Of a stretch of 64,000 nucleotides of DNA, positions 25,260 through 37,584 are shown piece by piece. Source of the stretch: Octopus vulgaris (lineage: Eukaryota); NCBI GenBank assembly GCA_951406725.2, contig OX597816.1, positions 162,564,001-162,628,000 of the forward strand, given 5' to 3'. The position numbers and the translations under genes were made by a program. The notes below the pieces were generated by a model. The model was not told the DNA's origin. It searched no databases and saw nothing but the letters and a program-made list of their open reading frames with translations. The number at the start of each line of letters is the position of its first letter. Positions within the stretch are counted from its first letter, which is position 1.

Positions 25260-26818
25260 AAATTAAAGATGGAAAATAGACACACTTTACATAGGTTTAA
25301 TATAATTCTTAATATATTGACCGGTTTCGCTTTCGCTATTCATGATATTAAGGTTTACTTATTTGAATATGTATTTTCTTAAGAAGAAATTTTTGTCCAT
25401 ATTGTGTGTAATGAGATTTACGAGTGAATGACTTCACAAGTAGAAAAATAAGGGGCGGTAATTGGTTATCATTATTATTGTTATTGTTGTGGGCGAGGGA
25501 GATAACTGTTCAGCTTTCGATAAGGGGAGGGGAATATATACATACACACAAAATGAAGTTACGAAAAACTTGTTTAATGAGGGGATTTATGTACAGTGAT
25601 GTAATCGTGAACTGAAATATGTAAAAGGATAAAAGTTGGTTATGCGTGCATATTAAGACGTGTTCTGTATTTTTCCATGAAAATAGTTTCTTTCTTTAAA
25701 CGTTCTTGTGGAGAGATTGTGTCTTTGCACTTGTAGAAGAGGAAGACTGTGAAATTTGGTTATATGTTCACTGAGAGGAATTTGCCTGTATTGCGGGAAA
25801 CGGATTTGCTCTTTATGTCGAGTAGTTCTCCGTCTCAAGGTCATACTCGTCTATCCAATATAGTTGTGTTCGGAAACTGAGCAAGTTATTACATAAATTA
25901 GGTTCTCAGAGGCACAAGTGAAACTAGTTTTAATTGTGAACCTCTGTCTTTGCTTGAAAAGGAAATTCGAGCCTTCAAGTAAATTGGGCAGGTTCCACAG
26001 TTTGGGCGTCCATATTTTTTAACCGTTGGTTTCGTGGTTGTTTGTAAAGCTTCGCATTTGTTAGCATTCTCTTTAGCGATTTTTGTTGCTTTTTGCATTT
26101 GATGAGTTTGTGAGTTTTCAGGATGTCGTTCATTTTTGGATCTCTAGTTAGTAAAGGAAGATTTTGCACAATAGTTTTGAATGCCTCACTGTTACTGGGG
26201 TTGTGTGTTGATATAAATAATAGTGTTTTGAGATGAGGTGTGGTGTTATGTTTTGTTGTTCTTAGTGTTTTCATGTCTAATTTTTTTCGCACGTTTAATT
26301 CCCTCGTCTTTAATTGAGGGTGGATATTGTCTTTCAGTAAGCGTTGTTTGGAGGTCTTGAAGACGAAGGTCCCGAGTAGTTCTTTCAGACACGATTGTGC
26401 AAATACTTTTTGCCAAATTAAAAGGGATATTTATTTTGATGTGTTTCTAGTGGCATGAGCTAAAGACGAGATACTGTTTTGAGTCAGTTGGTTTATAATA
26501 GATGTCAGTTATAATTTCATTGTTGACGTTTTATGTATCATGATGTCTAAAAATGGGAGCTGTTCTTCGTTATATTCCATTGTGAATTGAATGTTACTAT
26601 TTATGTCATTTCGTGTTGATTTGAAATCCAAAAGTTTGTCGATGTTCTCTTTCAAAATGATAAAACTGTCATCCAGGTATCTTTTCCAATTTTCTCTTAT
26701 GTAAAGGCAAAATGGGTAACCATATTTGTGAAGTATCACTTCATATAAGGTGAATTCAAAATAACTCATTATTAGTTTCGCAAGAACAGGGCCTGCTTTC
26801 GTTCCCATTTGCAATTCC
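25258..26818 (-). mobile_element. Penelope-like retroelement, 5'-truncated (RT, Cys linker, GIY-YIG endonuclease, 3' UTR)
   Basis: Frameshifted motifs MGTKAGPVLA, WKRYLDDSF, IQFTME..EEQLPFLDI, CGTCP, YVITCS..EHNYIG.TS.TLRRR...HKEQIR. Confidence 0.9.
25314..25348 (-). ncRNA. Minimal type-I hammerhead-like motif in the 3' UTR of the Penelope-like element, variant core AUGAAUA
   Basis: Minus strand atatc-ATGAATA-gc-gaaa-gc-GAAA-ccg-GTC-aatat: GNRA-capped 2-bp stem II, palindromic stem III accggt, GUC site; same strand as the ORF. Confidence 0.7.
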
Positions 26819-27015
26819 GCGGCCGGCTGGTTGATGTTCATTTCAATGCTGAACCACTAGCTCTGAAGTTGGTAACCCATAATAAAATCGTGTTTCGAGC
26901 AAGTACAGAATCATATCTACCAAGCCTAAAGTGCACATGGAACGCTCTTTGAGTTGCAGTTACCGATTCGTTGTTCTTGATAGAAAGCGCGATGCTCGTC
27001 TGTTCATTCAATATG
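26819..27015 (-). pseudogene. Tc1/mariner (rosa-type) transposase N-terminal HTH fragment
   Basis: Manual translation EHRAF/IKNNESVTATQRAFHVHFRLGRYDSVLARNTILLWVTNFRASGSALK*TSTSRPR, ending in a GRPR-like linker. Confidence 0.75.
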
Positions 27016-27214
27016 GGTAATCTGAAACAAAATGAAAGAAAATGGCATTATATTTACATTTGGAAAATAAAAATACTTTTATTATTATTTATTTTATTTC
27101 ACTTTTATTAAACCTACAAATGTACCAGATCCTTTTGCCCCACCCTGTGTTATGTATACATGGGTGTATCTCTGTACATGCACATACACACATATATAAC
27201 ATTTATATATATGT

Positions 27215-27255
<41 letters not shown>

Positions 27256-27272
27256 TATATATGTATATACAT

Positions 27273-27303
<31 letters not shown>

Positions 27304-27898
27304 CTTACATCAATTTTACATGTATGCAAAATACATTTATGTATAATTAAATATACGGATATATTTCCGTATGAATCTATCACATGTTTGCAGAAGCGTG
27401 CGTGAGTCTTTGTCTATATGCATGCATGCATGCATGTATGTATGTATGTATGTATGTATGTATGTATGTATGTATGTATGTATGTATGTATGTATGCATG
27501 CATGTATGCATGCGTCAGAACGTGTGTCTTTGTATATGTATACGTGTCTGATTGTGCGCCAGTGTACGCGCGTGTTTTAATTTATGCATGCCTGCGTGGG
27601 CGCACACATGTGTGTTTGTAGTTTTGGATGAATTAACGAGAACTAATTTGTATGTTCCACTTCTCTATCTCCACCAAAGATGTTCTTTGATAAAACATCG
27701 CCCGGGGCCAAACGAAGGCAGCAGAGAAAGAAGAAAAGGAAGAAGATGCGTTTGTTTGATGCCGTTGGATTCATGCTGTAGACTTCTGCAAACGCCAGGG
27801 TTTCCATGCTTTCTTGAAGGCTGTGCGAAAGATGTCGCTAGTAGCAACTTTACTGCGATGTTTACCTGGTGTGAATGGCGGCGTTTCGTGATGGTACT

Positions 27899-27918
27899 TC
27901 ACGTCACGCGTGACGTGG
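27899..27918. promoter_or_regulatory. Perfect 18-bp palindrome with two TGACGTG bZIP-type sites
   Basis: cacgtcacgcgtgacgtg at 27900-27917, in a locally CpG-rich non-repetitive patch. Confidence 0.35.
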
Positions 27919-28351
27919 TGGCGTAGAGACACAGGTTAGCCGTGATATTCTCAAATGACATCCCTAGGTTAAAGTCAATGAAACGCACGTATGATATTAC
28001 AAGCTCAGCATCGTTAGTCGTTCATATGTTGTAATCTACAAGCGAAATCTAACATACATACATACATACATATACATACATACATACATACATACATACA
28101 TACACGTATTCAGGGACAACAACACATGCACACATATATACATACATACATATTTGTGTATAGACAGAAAGAGGAAGTAACATAGATAGACAGAAATAAG
28201 TTTTACAGACAGAAATACAGACACAGGCACACACACACTCACACACCTTCACACACACACACACACAAACACACAAGCACACAAATACACACACACACAT
28301 ACACGGTGAGACAAACAGACACACGCACTCATATATATGCAAACGTATACA

Positions 28352-28427
<76 letters not shown>

Positions 28428-28671
28428 CATACATATATATATGTGTATATATAGATACATACGTGGAGCGTCAAAAATACAGAATTAAAATACAGAAGAA
28501 AGTACAAAAACACATACACACATATGTGTGTGTGTATATGCATATACACACATATTTATACATGCAACCACATTTGTACTCATATATACACTCATATGCA
28601 TACCTCCACGACATACACTGAAATATCCAAGCATAAACATGCATTCATACACGCGTGCATATATGCATCTA

Positions 28672-28802
<131 letters not shown>

Positions 28803-28869
28803 ATATACATATATATATGTACATATAATATATATATTATATATTATATTATATTATATTATATTATGT

Positions 28870-28934
<65 letters not shown>

Positions 28935-29526
28935 TTTTCACCCATTTGACTGCAGCTATGCTGGAACACCGCCTTTAGTTGAACAAGTCGGCCCCAGGAC
29001 TTATTCTTTTTAAGCCTAGTACTTATTCTATCGGTCTCTTTTTGCCAAACCGGTTGGTTACGGGGACTTTACCATACCGACATCGGTTAACAAACAATGC
29101 TGGTGTAACAGAGACACACACGCACGCACGCTCATGTATATATACATATATACATGCTTATGTTATATATACAATTCTTATATATACATACACACCGACA
29201 AGTACACACATACATACACATTTAGACACACACACATATATACATATATTTACGCAGCAGTGTATATATGTAATTTGTGATTCCATTTTCAAATGCGTCG
29301 GCAAGCCCTGCTATATATACAATTACACTGTAGTCTGCTTCCAAGTGTATGTGTATATATGTTTATGTACACACACATGCACATATATATGCAGTTATAT
29401 ATATAAACGTATATGTATGTATTTGTTCATGCATATTTATTTTGTTTAAGCAGATCTATCCAATATATGTCTCTGTAAATATATAAACACATCTGTCTGT
29501 GAGTATGATAAATATATATATATATA

Positions 29527-29918
29527 TCTTTATATATAAAAGTAAGGTTGTGTGTCTGTCTACTCCGATTTAGATTCCTAACTACTCCCACATTTTGCGG
29601 TGCAGTTTAACCAAAACCGGGTATCTTATAGTCGTGATTCATATCGAGCCCTTCTGGGTATTAGCGCGCAACTACGATGAGTCTACGATTTTAAAAATAA
29701 TTTACCATCATTTTTTTCCATTTTAATGCATATTTTTAAAATATAAGTGAAGTAACTCTCTAAAAATGTCTACGATGAGTCAACGATTCAAAAAAAATTA
29801 CCATCATATTTTTTCCATTTTTAATGCATTTTTTTGTTATTTTTTGGCTATAACTCTCTAAAAATGCTTTATAGTTATTTCCCTTACAAACCCGAGCAAC
29901 GCCGGGCGATACTGCTAG
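29527..29918 (+). mobile_element. Non-autonomous Helitron
   Basis: A|TC 5' end, 3' hairpin cccgagcaacgccggg followed by CTAG|T. Relatives at 33030 and 42826. Confidence 0.85.
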
Positions 29919-30712
29919 TAATATATATAAATATTTATATAGACACATATATATGTGTATGTGCGTGTGTCCGTGTGCGTGCGTCCGTGTGCATGGGTGG
30001 TTGGGCGTGAATGACTCATTCTGCGTCCGGTTAGTATTTGCGAGGGGAGGTCATCGCTCCCATTTCTAGCTTTATGTGATACACACGAACTCGAGTTTCT
30101 GAGTGGTGCCCCGTCCTCAATGTGTGTTAATCACCAGCTAGTGATGGAAGTTCATTACTCTCGCAAATTACTATATATTTTTCTAGCGATTCACCGTCGC
30201 TGATCTCGTAGAAAAGAGAGAATGTTATATTAAATCTCTGAGCGAGATATAAACAGCAGCAGTACAGATAATACATATATGGAAATCTCCATTCGCCGAC
30301 ATATGCAGCATATGCGCAGGTAGTCTGGAAACAATTGGAGTCTTTTCATCCCTTATTATTTAGACGACACCATTTACTCCGACAACTTCATTGGAACTAC
30401 TCTACAAATATGTTTACCTTATAAAATCTATGCTCTGTGAGGTGATACGCTTTGCTTTTCGTTCTTTCTTTCTAATGTATACATGTTTTAAGGCTACGGA
30501 CACCGCCCGCTTTAATGCCCAGGTGTCGAAACCATAGCGATATCAGCTTGGGCAGCTGACGATGAGAACACACCTATATTATACTCGATTGTGAATTTCA
30601 TATATCTTAGTCTCATTACTCTGGGCTGTCCTTCATTATCCTAAAATGGAAATTGTTTGTAGATTCATAAGTTTGAGGGGATCGTTTACTTTGGTATTGG
30701 TTGTGTTTCTTC

Positions 30713-30821
30713 ATAAATTGTTTAATTCTTGCTTAACTGACCGAATTACTTATATTCCATGACGAAATTCTGTGGTGTTCACATATTATCACAGATATCA
30801 AACTTTTGATAGGCCATATAA
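30713..30821. repeat. Dispersed direct repeat of about 110 bp (second copy at about 32810-32918)
   Basis: taaattgttta(a/g)ttcttgcttaa(c/t)tgaccgaattacttatattcca...aaacttttgatagg is present at both loci. Confidence 0.85.
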
Positions 30822-30888
30822 GATTAAGCTTGGACGACGCTTAGATATTTGTGTCTATATTTAGCATGTTCTGCGACATATATATATA

Positions 30889-30941
<53 letters not shown>

Positions 30942-30982
30942 GTGTGTGTGTATGAATTACATTTTTATATATATATATATAT

Positions 30983-31273
30983 AGGCGCCGGAGTGGCTGT
31001 GTGGTAAGTAGCTTGCTTACCAACCACATGGTTCTGGGTTCAGTCCCACTGCGTGGCACCTTGGGCAAGTGTGTCTGTGTTTGCCCCCTAGCATTGCTTG
31101 ACAACCGATGCTGGTGTGTTTACGTCCCCGTCACTTAGCGGTTCGGCAAAAAGGGACAGATAGAATAAGTACTGGGCTTACAAAGAATAAGTCCTGGGGT
31201 CGATTTGCTCGACTAAAGGCGGTGTTCCAGCATGGCCGCAGTCAAATGACTGAAACAAGTAAAAGAGTAAAAG

Positions 31274-31275
<2 letters not shown>
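30983..31275 (+). mobile_element. SINE family A with internal deletion
   Basis: Head joined directly to the 3' half (ttgggcaagtgtgtctgtgtttgcccc); the central segment is absent. Confidence 0.88.
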
Positions 31276-31323
<48 letters not shown>

Positions 31324-31849
31324 TATATACAACGGGCTTCTTTCAGTTTCTGTCTATTATACAGGTATAGATATGTGTGTCTTTGTGCTTGTGTTTGCCC
31401 CCCCCCCCCCCGACCCGTATCACTTAACTTAATCCCCGTAACTTAACGGTTCGGCAAAATGCCCGATATAATAAGTATCAGGCTTAAAAAATGTATAATT
31501 ACTGGGATTAGTTCATTCAACTAAAATTCTTTCAATGCGGTGCCCCAGCATGGCCGCAGTGTAGCGAGGGAAACAAATGAAAGTTAAGAGTTATATATAA
31601 GGTAGTCATCTGGCGACTGAGCACCTAATTAGAGCCCTTTTTAAGGTACTGCTTTATGTTTTGGAGAACTCGGAATTCATTTTGTGTCTGAAAATAACGA
31701 AGACATTACGTATTATATTTTATCTCCTATCATTTACTTGTTTGAGCCATTGGAGAGGGGCCAAGCTGTGATACTGCTTCTATTTTAAACGAACAAATTA
31801 TCCCCGATAATTATTTTCAAACCCTTTAACTTATTCTATCCTTACTTCT

Positions 31850-32125
31850 GCTCTCCACGAGGCTCCCACAGGGGATGGTGGTGATCCCTGCTGTACTCTT
31901 TCACCACAACTTTCTCTCACTCTTACTTCCTGTTTCTGTTGTACCTGTATTTCAAAGGGCCGGCCTTGTCACTCTCTGTGTCACGCTGAATATCCCCGAG
32001 AACTACGTTAAGGGTACACGTGTCTGTGGAGTGCTCAGCCACTTACACGTTAATTTCACGAGCAGGCTGTTCCGTTGATTCGGATCAACCGGAACCCTCG
32101 TCGTCGTAACCGACGGAGTGCTTCC
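31850..32125 (+). mobile_element. 5'-truncated SINE (family C body with family D tail)
   Basis: ctccacgaggctcc...gtactctttcaccacaactttctctcactc is shared with the 48778 and 61825 copies; tail shared with 19057-19250. Confidence 0.8.
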
Positions 32126-32339
32126 TCCCCCTTACTTCTGCTGAACCGACAAATTAACGTGACGTAGAAATACCAACACTTGTTGTCAAATAGTGGTGGC
32201 AGTGGAGTGGGTGGGTCAAACATTAATACACACTCAAAATCACACATACATGAACGATGGGCTTCCTGACAGTTTCCTTTCACTGAATTTACCCACAAGG
32301 CATTGATCTCCATGAGGCTCTAGTAAAAGATACTTACCT

Positions 32340-32570
32340 ATTTCTTTACTACCTACAAGGGGCTAAACACAGAAGAAACAAACAAGGACAGACAAATGGA
32401 TTAAGTTGATACACCGACCCCAGTGCGTAACTGGTACTTATTTAATCGACCCCGAAAGGATGAAAGGCAAAGTCGACCTCGGCGAAATTTGAACTCAGAA
32501 CGTAACGGCAGACGAAATACCGCTAAGCATTTCGCCCGGTGTGCTAACGCTTCTGCCAGCTCGCCGCCTT
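32340..32570 (-). mobile_element. SINE family B, full length
   Basis: Matches 6690-6910. Flanked by an agtaaaagatacttacc duplication near 32322 and 32572. Confidence 0.88.
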
Positions 32571-33029
32571 AAGTAAAAGATACTTACCGAACGTACCACA
32601 CTGGAACTGAACCCGAAACCACATGGCTGGAAAACGAGTTTCTTGACTCCCGCGCAGCCATGGCTCCTCCTATATTTACTAATTGCACATTACTGGTACA
32701 AGAACAACAAACTAATATCTAGAAGTGGAAAATACTTAAGGATAATAAAGCTACTTTTTGTAAACCTGCGACGGCCATTACCAAACAATTTCAATGCAAG
32801 TTATGTTATATAAATTGTTTAGTTCTTGCTTAATTGACCGAATTACTTATATTCCATAACGAAATACTGTTATGTTCGCATATTATCACAGATATTAAAC
32901 TTTTGATAGGCAATATAAAAGGGTTTAAAATGTGCTTATTTAGTCTCGCCACTTATACGCAGGCAAATCTCGAATATTGCCTTTGAACTTATTGTGGAGA
33001 ACAAGCCTTACATTGAAGAGTTGTAGAAA

Positions 33030-33414
33030 TCTCTCTCTGTATAAACGGCAGTTTGTCTGTGCGTGTTTCTGTGTGTCTGTTTGCTTGTACCCTCACCCTG
33101 ACCACGGCTTTCAACCGATTCTGATGAAACTTGACACACACATAGCCCAATGTCATAATTCAAAACTAACGCAGCGAAAATTTTGAAAAGTTCCCCCAGT
33201 TCTGAAAAAAATCGATAAATTCGACATGGGGTCGAGAATCAGAAACACGAACCACAAACTGTCTAGGGGACGCAACTCCACCTTTTTTAAATTTCAAAAA
33301 AAAATTTACCATCATTTTTTTCCATTCTTTTGCTATTTTTTGGTTATAACTCTCTAAAAATGCTTTATAGTTATTTCCCTTACAAACCCGAGCAACGCCG
33401 GGCGATACTGCTAG
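33030..33414 (+). mobile_element. Non-autonomous Helitron with the same 3' end as 29527 but a different 5' part
   Basis: A|TC start; identical ttatttcccttacaaacccgagcaacgccgggcgatactgCTAG|T terminus. Confidence 0.85.
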
Positions 33415-33614
33415 TCATTTTATAAAGCGAAATAATCGCAGGATTGTTTTCTGTCCCTCAATTTGCAAAGTTATTCATGGCTAATAATTTACGGTGGAAA
33501 CTTCGGTGATATTGATTTTCTCGACTGAATTTATTGAAATACGCAGTCTCTTATTTAGAAACTATACTTTTGAGATGTTCATACATAAAAACAAATATGC
33601 AAGTTATATAGATT

Positions 33615-33980
33615 TCAAATTTTGGCTAAAGGCCGGCAATTGTGAGGGAGGGTGCATGTCGATTATGTCGATCCCCAGTATTCAACTGGTACTTATTTTA
33701 TCGACCTCAGAAAAGATGAAAGGCAAAGTCGGCCACGGCGGAATTTTAACTGATGAAATACTGCAGCTCATTTTGCCTGGTTAACGATTCTTATTTCTTT
33801 ACTGCCCACAATGGGCTATACACAGAGGGAACAAACAAGGACAGACAAACGGATTAAGTCGATTATATGGAATCCAGTGCGTAACTTGTACTTATTTAAT
33901 CGACCCCGAAAGTATGAAAGGCAAAGTCGACCTCGGCGGAATTTGAACTCAGAACGTAGCAGCAGACGAAATACCTATTC
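33615..33980 (-). mobile_element. Two SINE family B copies
   Basis: atgaaaggcaaagtcg(a/g)cc(t/a)cggcggaattt core near 33716 and 33913. Confidence 0.8.
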
Positions 33981-34646
33981 AATCACCGCAAGCTCCAGCG
34001 TTTGTTGTGATACGTAGGCTTGTATGCCTCAATCACCCTGGGAGCTAAACCAGCGGAGCGCCTGGGTAGGGTTTCCTATGCTGGACAAGTCAAAGGATAG
34101 AGGTTAGACTAACATAGATCACCTCTTCGCAGCGGTAAAAGTGGACTTGCGTAGGGACAACAACGTTACCTATTGTAAAGAAGCAGAGTAACAAAAACAT
34201 CGATGACAATTCAAAACCAACAAGAGGAGACCCAACTGGAAGACAGTCTAGAGTTGAGAACTGTAGAGCAAGGTCGTAAAAAGCGAAGGGTTTAGATTAA
34301 AAAAGTTAGATGTTTGGCTTAAGCTAGTTGAAAATTGCGAAGGATGAATAATAGCGTGACGCGAATATAATCAACATTTGCTTTGTCACGTGGGAGGCAG
34401 TTGCCGACTTAAAGTCTTTGTTGAACAACGCGTACCATAGGGATTAAAGATGCAAGGAATAAAACCTTAATTAAAAACCAGCCTGGATAAAGCTTGGAGG
34501 AAGAATTTATGATCTATCACAGAAAATCCACATGCAACATTCACACAAAAGTCACTGGTTTTATATACGAAATCTGCAGATTCAAGTCAAGGATTGGGTT
34601 TTGCATCCAATTAAGAAAACGACCTTCATCCTCCTTCTCCAACTCC

Positions 34647-35060
34647 TTTACTCTTTACTCTTTTACTCTTTTACTTGTTTCAGTCATTTGACTGTGGCCA
34701 TGCTGGAGAACCGCCTTTAGTCGAGCAAATCGACCCCAGGACTTATTCTTTGTAAGCCCAGTACTTATTCTATCGGTCTCTTTTGCCAAACCGCTAAGTG
34801 ACGGGGACGTAAACACACCAGCATCGGTTGTCAAGCAATGCTAGGGGGACAAACACAGACGCTCAAACATACATATATATATATATATACATATATACGA
34901 CAGGCTTCTTTCAGTTTCCGTCTCCCAAATCCACTCACAAGGCAGTGGTCGGCCCGGGGCTATAGCAGAAGACACTTGCCCAAGGTGCCACGCAGTGGGA
35001 TTGAACCCGGAACCACGTTGTTGGTTAGCAAGCTACTTACCACACAGCCACTCCCGCGCC
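34647..35060 (-). mobile_element. SINE family A, full length
   Basis: Near-identical to 4517-4909, with a (tactcttt)n tail. Confidence 0.93.
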
Positions 35061-35173
35061 TTTACATATTTCTCTCTATAATCTCCCAAACTTACAAATG
35101 CCACCATCTTTGTATGTATGTATTTCTATATCCATAGATATCTCTCTGTCTCTACCCGTCTTTTTCTCACTCT

Positions 35174-35785
35174 CATACCGTGCAAAAGTTTTCGGCCACT
35201 TTAAACTGTTGTAAATTTCTACTAACTGCCAACATATAAGGTGATGTTTCGCATTGCGTTTTTTAGAGATGAAACATTGACTCTGTTGGAGTCATTTCCA
35301 CATCTAAACTTTATATTTTGTAGTAGGGTTTCTTAATGAGCGGGGAAGCTGCGAGACGATCACCAAAAATGGCCGCTCAAAAGTTTTCGGAGACCTCACA
35401 TAAACCAGTGTTTTAAAACAGAAAAATGTCTATAATAAAAATTCATTAAATAATATTCATTTCATGAAGTTACTGCACATTGTGAATATTTCTTGGGGCT
35501 TCCCTTAGCTTGAATAATTGCTTCAATGCGCCTGGGAAGAGATGCGTACAAATCCTTCACCATCTTCATAGGTATGAGATGCCATTCACTGTGGCTGAGC
35601 TCCCACAACTCTTCAAGATTGCGTGGATTCTTTCGACGAACTCTTCTCTTTCGGAATGGATATGACTCCGACGGGGCCAATGTTTCATCTGGGAAAAAAT
35701 GCAATGCAAAACATCCACTTATAAATTGACTATTAGTAGAAATTTACAATAGTTTAAAGTGGCCGAATACATTTGCACGATACTG
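35174..35785 (-). mobile_element. Internally deleted Tc1-family DNA transposon
   Basis: TIRs of about 55 bp (cgtgcaaaagttttcggccactttaaactgttgtaaatttctactaa / ttagtagaaatttacaatagtttaaagtggccgaatacatttgcacg). Transposase C-terminus PRNLEELW...EW..IP...LYASLPRRIEAIIQAKG at 35462-35650. Confidence 0.88.
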
Positions 35786-35803
35786 TACACACACACACAC
35801 ACA

Positions 35804-35839
<36 letters not shown>

Positions 35840-35890
35840 GTTTGTGTGTGTATCTATCATTTCTATCTGTCTACGTATCTCACTCACTCA

Positions 35891-35940
<50 letters not shown>

Positions 35941-35941
35941 G

Positions 35942-36107
35942 CGACGCGCTTCTTTCGGTTTCCATCAACCAAAATTAATCACAAGGCTTTGGTCGGCCCG
36001 AGGCTATAATAGAAGATACTTGCCCAAGGTCCCACGCATTGGGACTACTGAACCCGGAACCATGTGGTTGGTAAGCAAGCTCCTTACCACACAGCCACTC
36101 TTACGCC
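35942..36107 (-). mobile_element. SINE family A, 5' half
   Basis: Family A head and body. Confidence 0.85.
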
Positions 36108-36998
36108 CACACACATATATATATATATATATGCATGCATGTATGTATGTATGTATGTATGTATGTATGTATGTATGTATGTATGTATGTATGTATGCAT
36201 ACGTATTGAAAATGAGAAAAGCAGCGAAGACAAAATGAAAAAAGACAACAGAGAAAGGAAAAGTTGTAACAAATGTTTTAGTTTAACGCTTGAAAAGAAG
36301 TGAAAAAGTATTGAGTGTGTTTGTGTTCCCAGTAAACAAATATCATAAATAAACATGAATATGTGTGTGTATGTGTGTGTGTGTGTATGTGTGAGTGTGT
36401 GTGTATGTGTGTGTGTTTGTGTATAAATCTGTTCAGCTATGAATGCAAAATTACGGGTGCGTACACACTCGCGCATTTTTAATTGTGAGTGTTGAAGGCG
36501 CATATGTGGTTATGTACATTAGGTGGGAAGAGGAGACATAAAACGAAAGCTAAACAAAAGCAAACATTCATTGAATATAAAGAAATATGATTAAGAAATG
36601 CCGTAGATATGGTAAGTTAAAGAGAATGTTTCCAAACTGAAACGGAAAAACAAGAGAGAAAATGGCGTCGAACTGAAGAGAGACTTAAGTGGGACGAATT
36701 GGGAGGAGATTTCGACATTATTTACTTCTCGGCTTTGAAAATCTACTTGATTATAATTGTACTTTGAATTAAGACGGGACTTAGAAAGCGAGCAAGCGCG
36801 CAAGTGGGAGACGAGAGAGAGAGAGAGATAAATAGAGGGTGAGAGAAGAGGGAAAGAGGGAGAGGGGTGTTGAGGGAATAAGGGATGTGATAACAATTCG
36901 GTTTTTAAAATTAATTAGTATGTGTACATGGACGTGTGTACAATGAAAGTTGGCGTAAGAATTTTCATAATTATACATGTCTACGATGTTGGCGCATA

Positions 36999-37043
<45 letters not shown>

Positions 37044-37279
37044 TGCCACACACACACACACACACACAAGCACATGTATATATACACGCTATCCCACACG
37101 CATACACACGCTATAACACACACACACACAAACACACACATACTGACCATTTTCATTCTCCTGTCCAGCAAAGCACTTTCTCCTCATTCCTTCTACTTCT
37201 GGTCACTTCAAAAATGTAACCGCGCGTGATTGTAGGCGATTTTTTCCCTCCTTCGTCTTGAACTTCCCTGCTTTTTCCT

Positions 37280-37314
37280 GGTTCCGAAGAAGAGCCATGC
37301 ACGAAACATTAAAC
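37280..37314 (+). ncRNA. Degenerate minimal hammerhead-like motif, same layout as 25100
   Basis: ggtt-CCGAAGA-a-gagc-cat-gcac-GAAA-ca-tt-aaac. Confidence 0.4.
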
Positions 37315-37584
37315 TACTACTCTTGTGCTACTCTGAGCCTCGTATTCATACATTGCTGGTACTACGTTCATACATTCCCTTGTCTTTTCTTTTTCATTTT
37401 CTCTGCGTTTTTTTTTAATTGACTATATATATAGTTATATAAAGTTTAATTTTTCGTTAGGAGGCTCATGTTAACGCACGAAGTATTGAATCAGACTGCT
37501 AAATCAGTTGTATTCTCAGATACTTTAAAATGACTCCGCGTGTTAACATGGGTCATCTAACGACACTGCAAACGTTCATTTAAT

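Noticed and set aside
27866-28035. Minus-strand coding exon bounded by AG and GT
   Set aside because: Stop codons in all three frames; kept only as a possible non-coding element.
30515-30640. CTGACGA with a nearby gag/ctc stem and an upstream GAAA; possibly a decayed Penelope-like 3' end
   Set aside because: I could not assemble a consistent three-stem fold or a credible protein motif.
34005-34200. Possible RTE-type 5' UTR fragment
   Set aside because: Resemblance from memory only, with no linked ORF and no second copy in the window.
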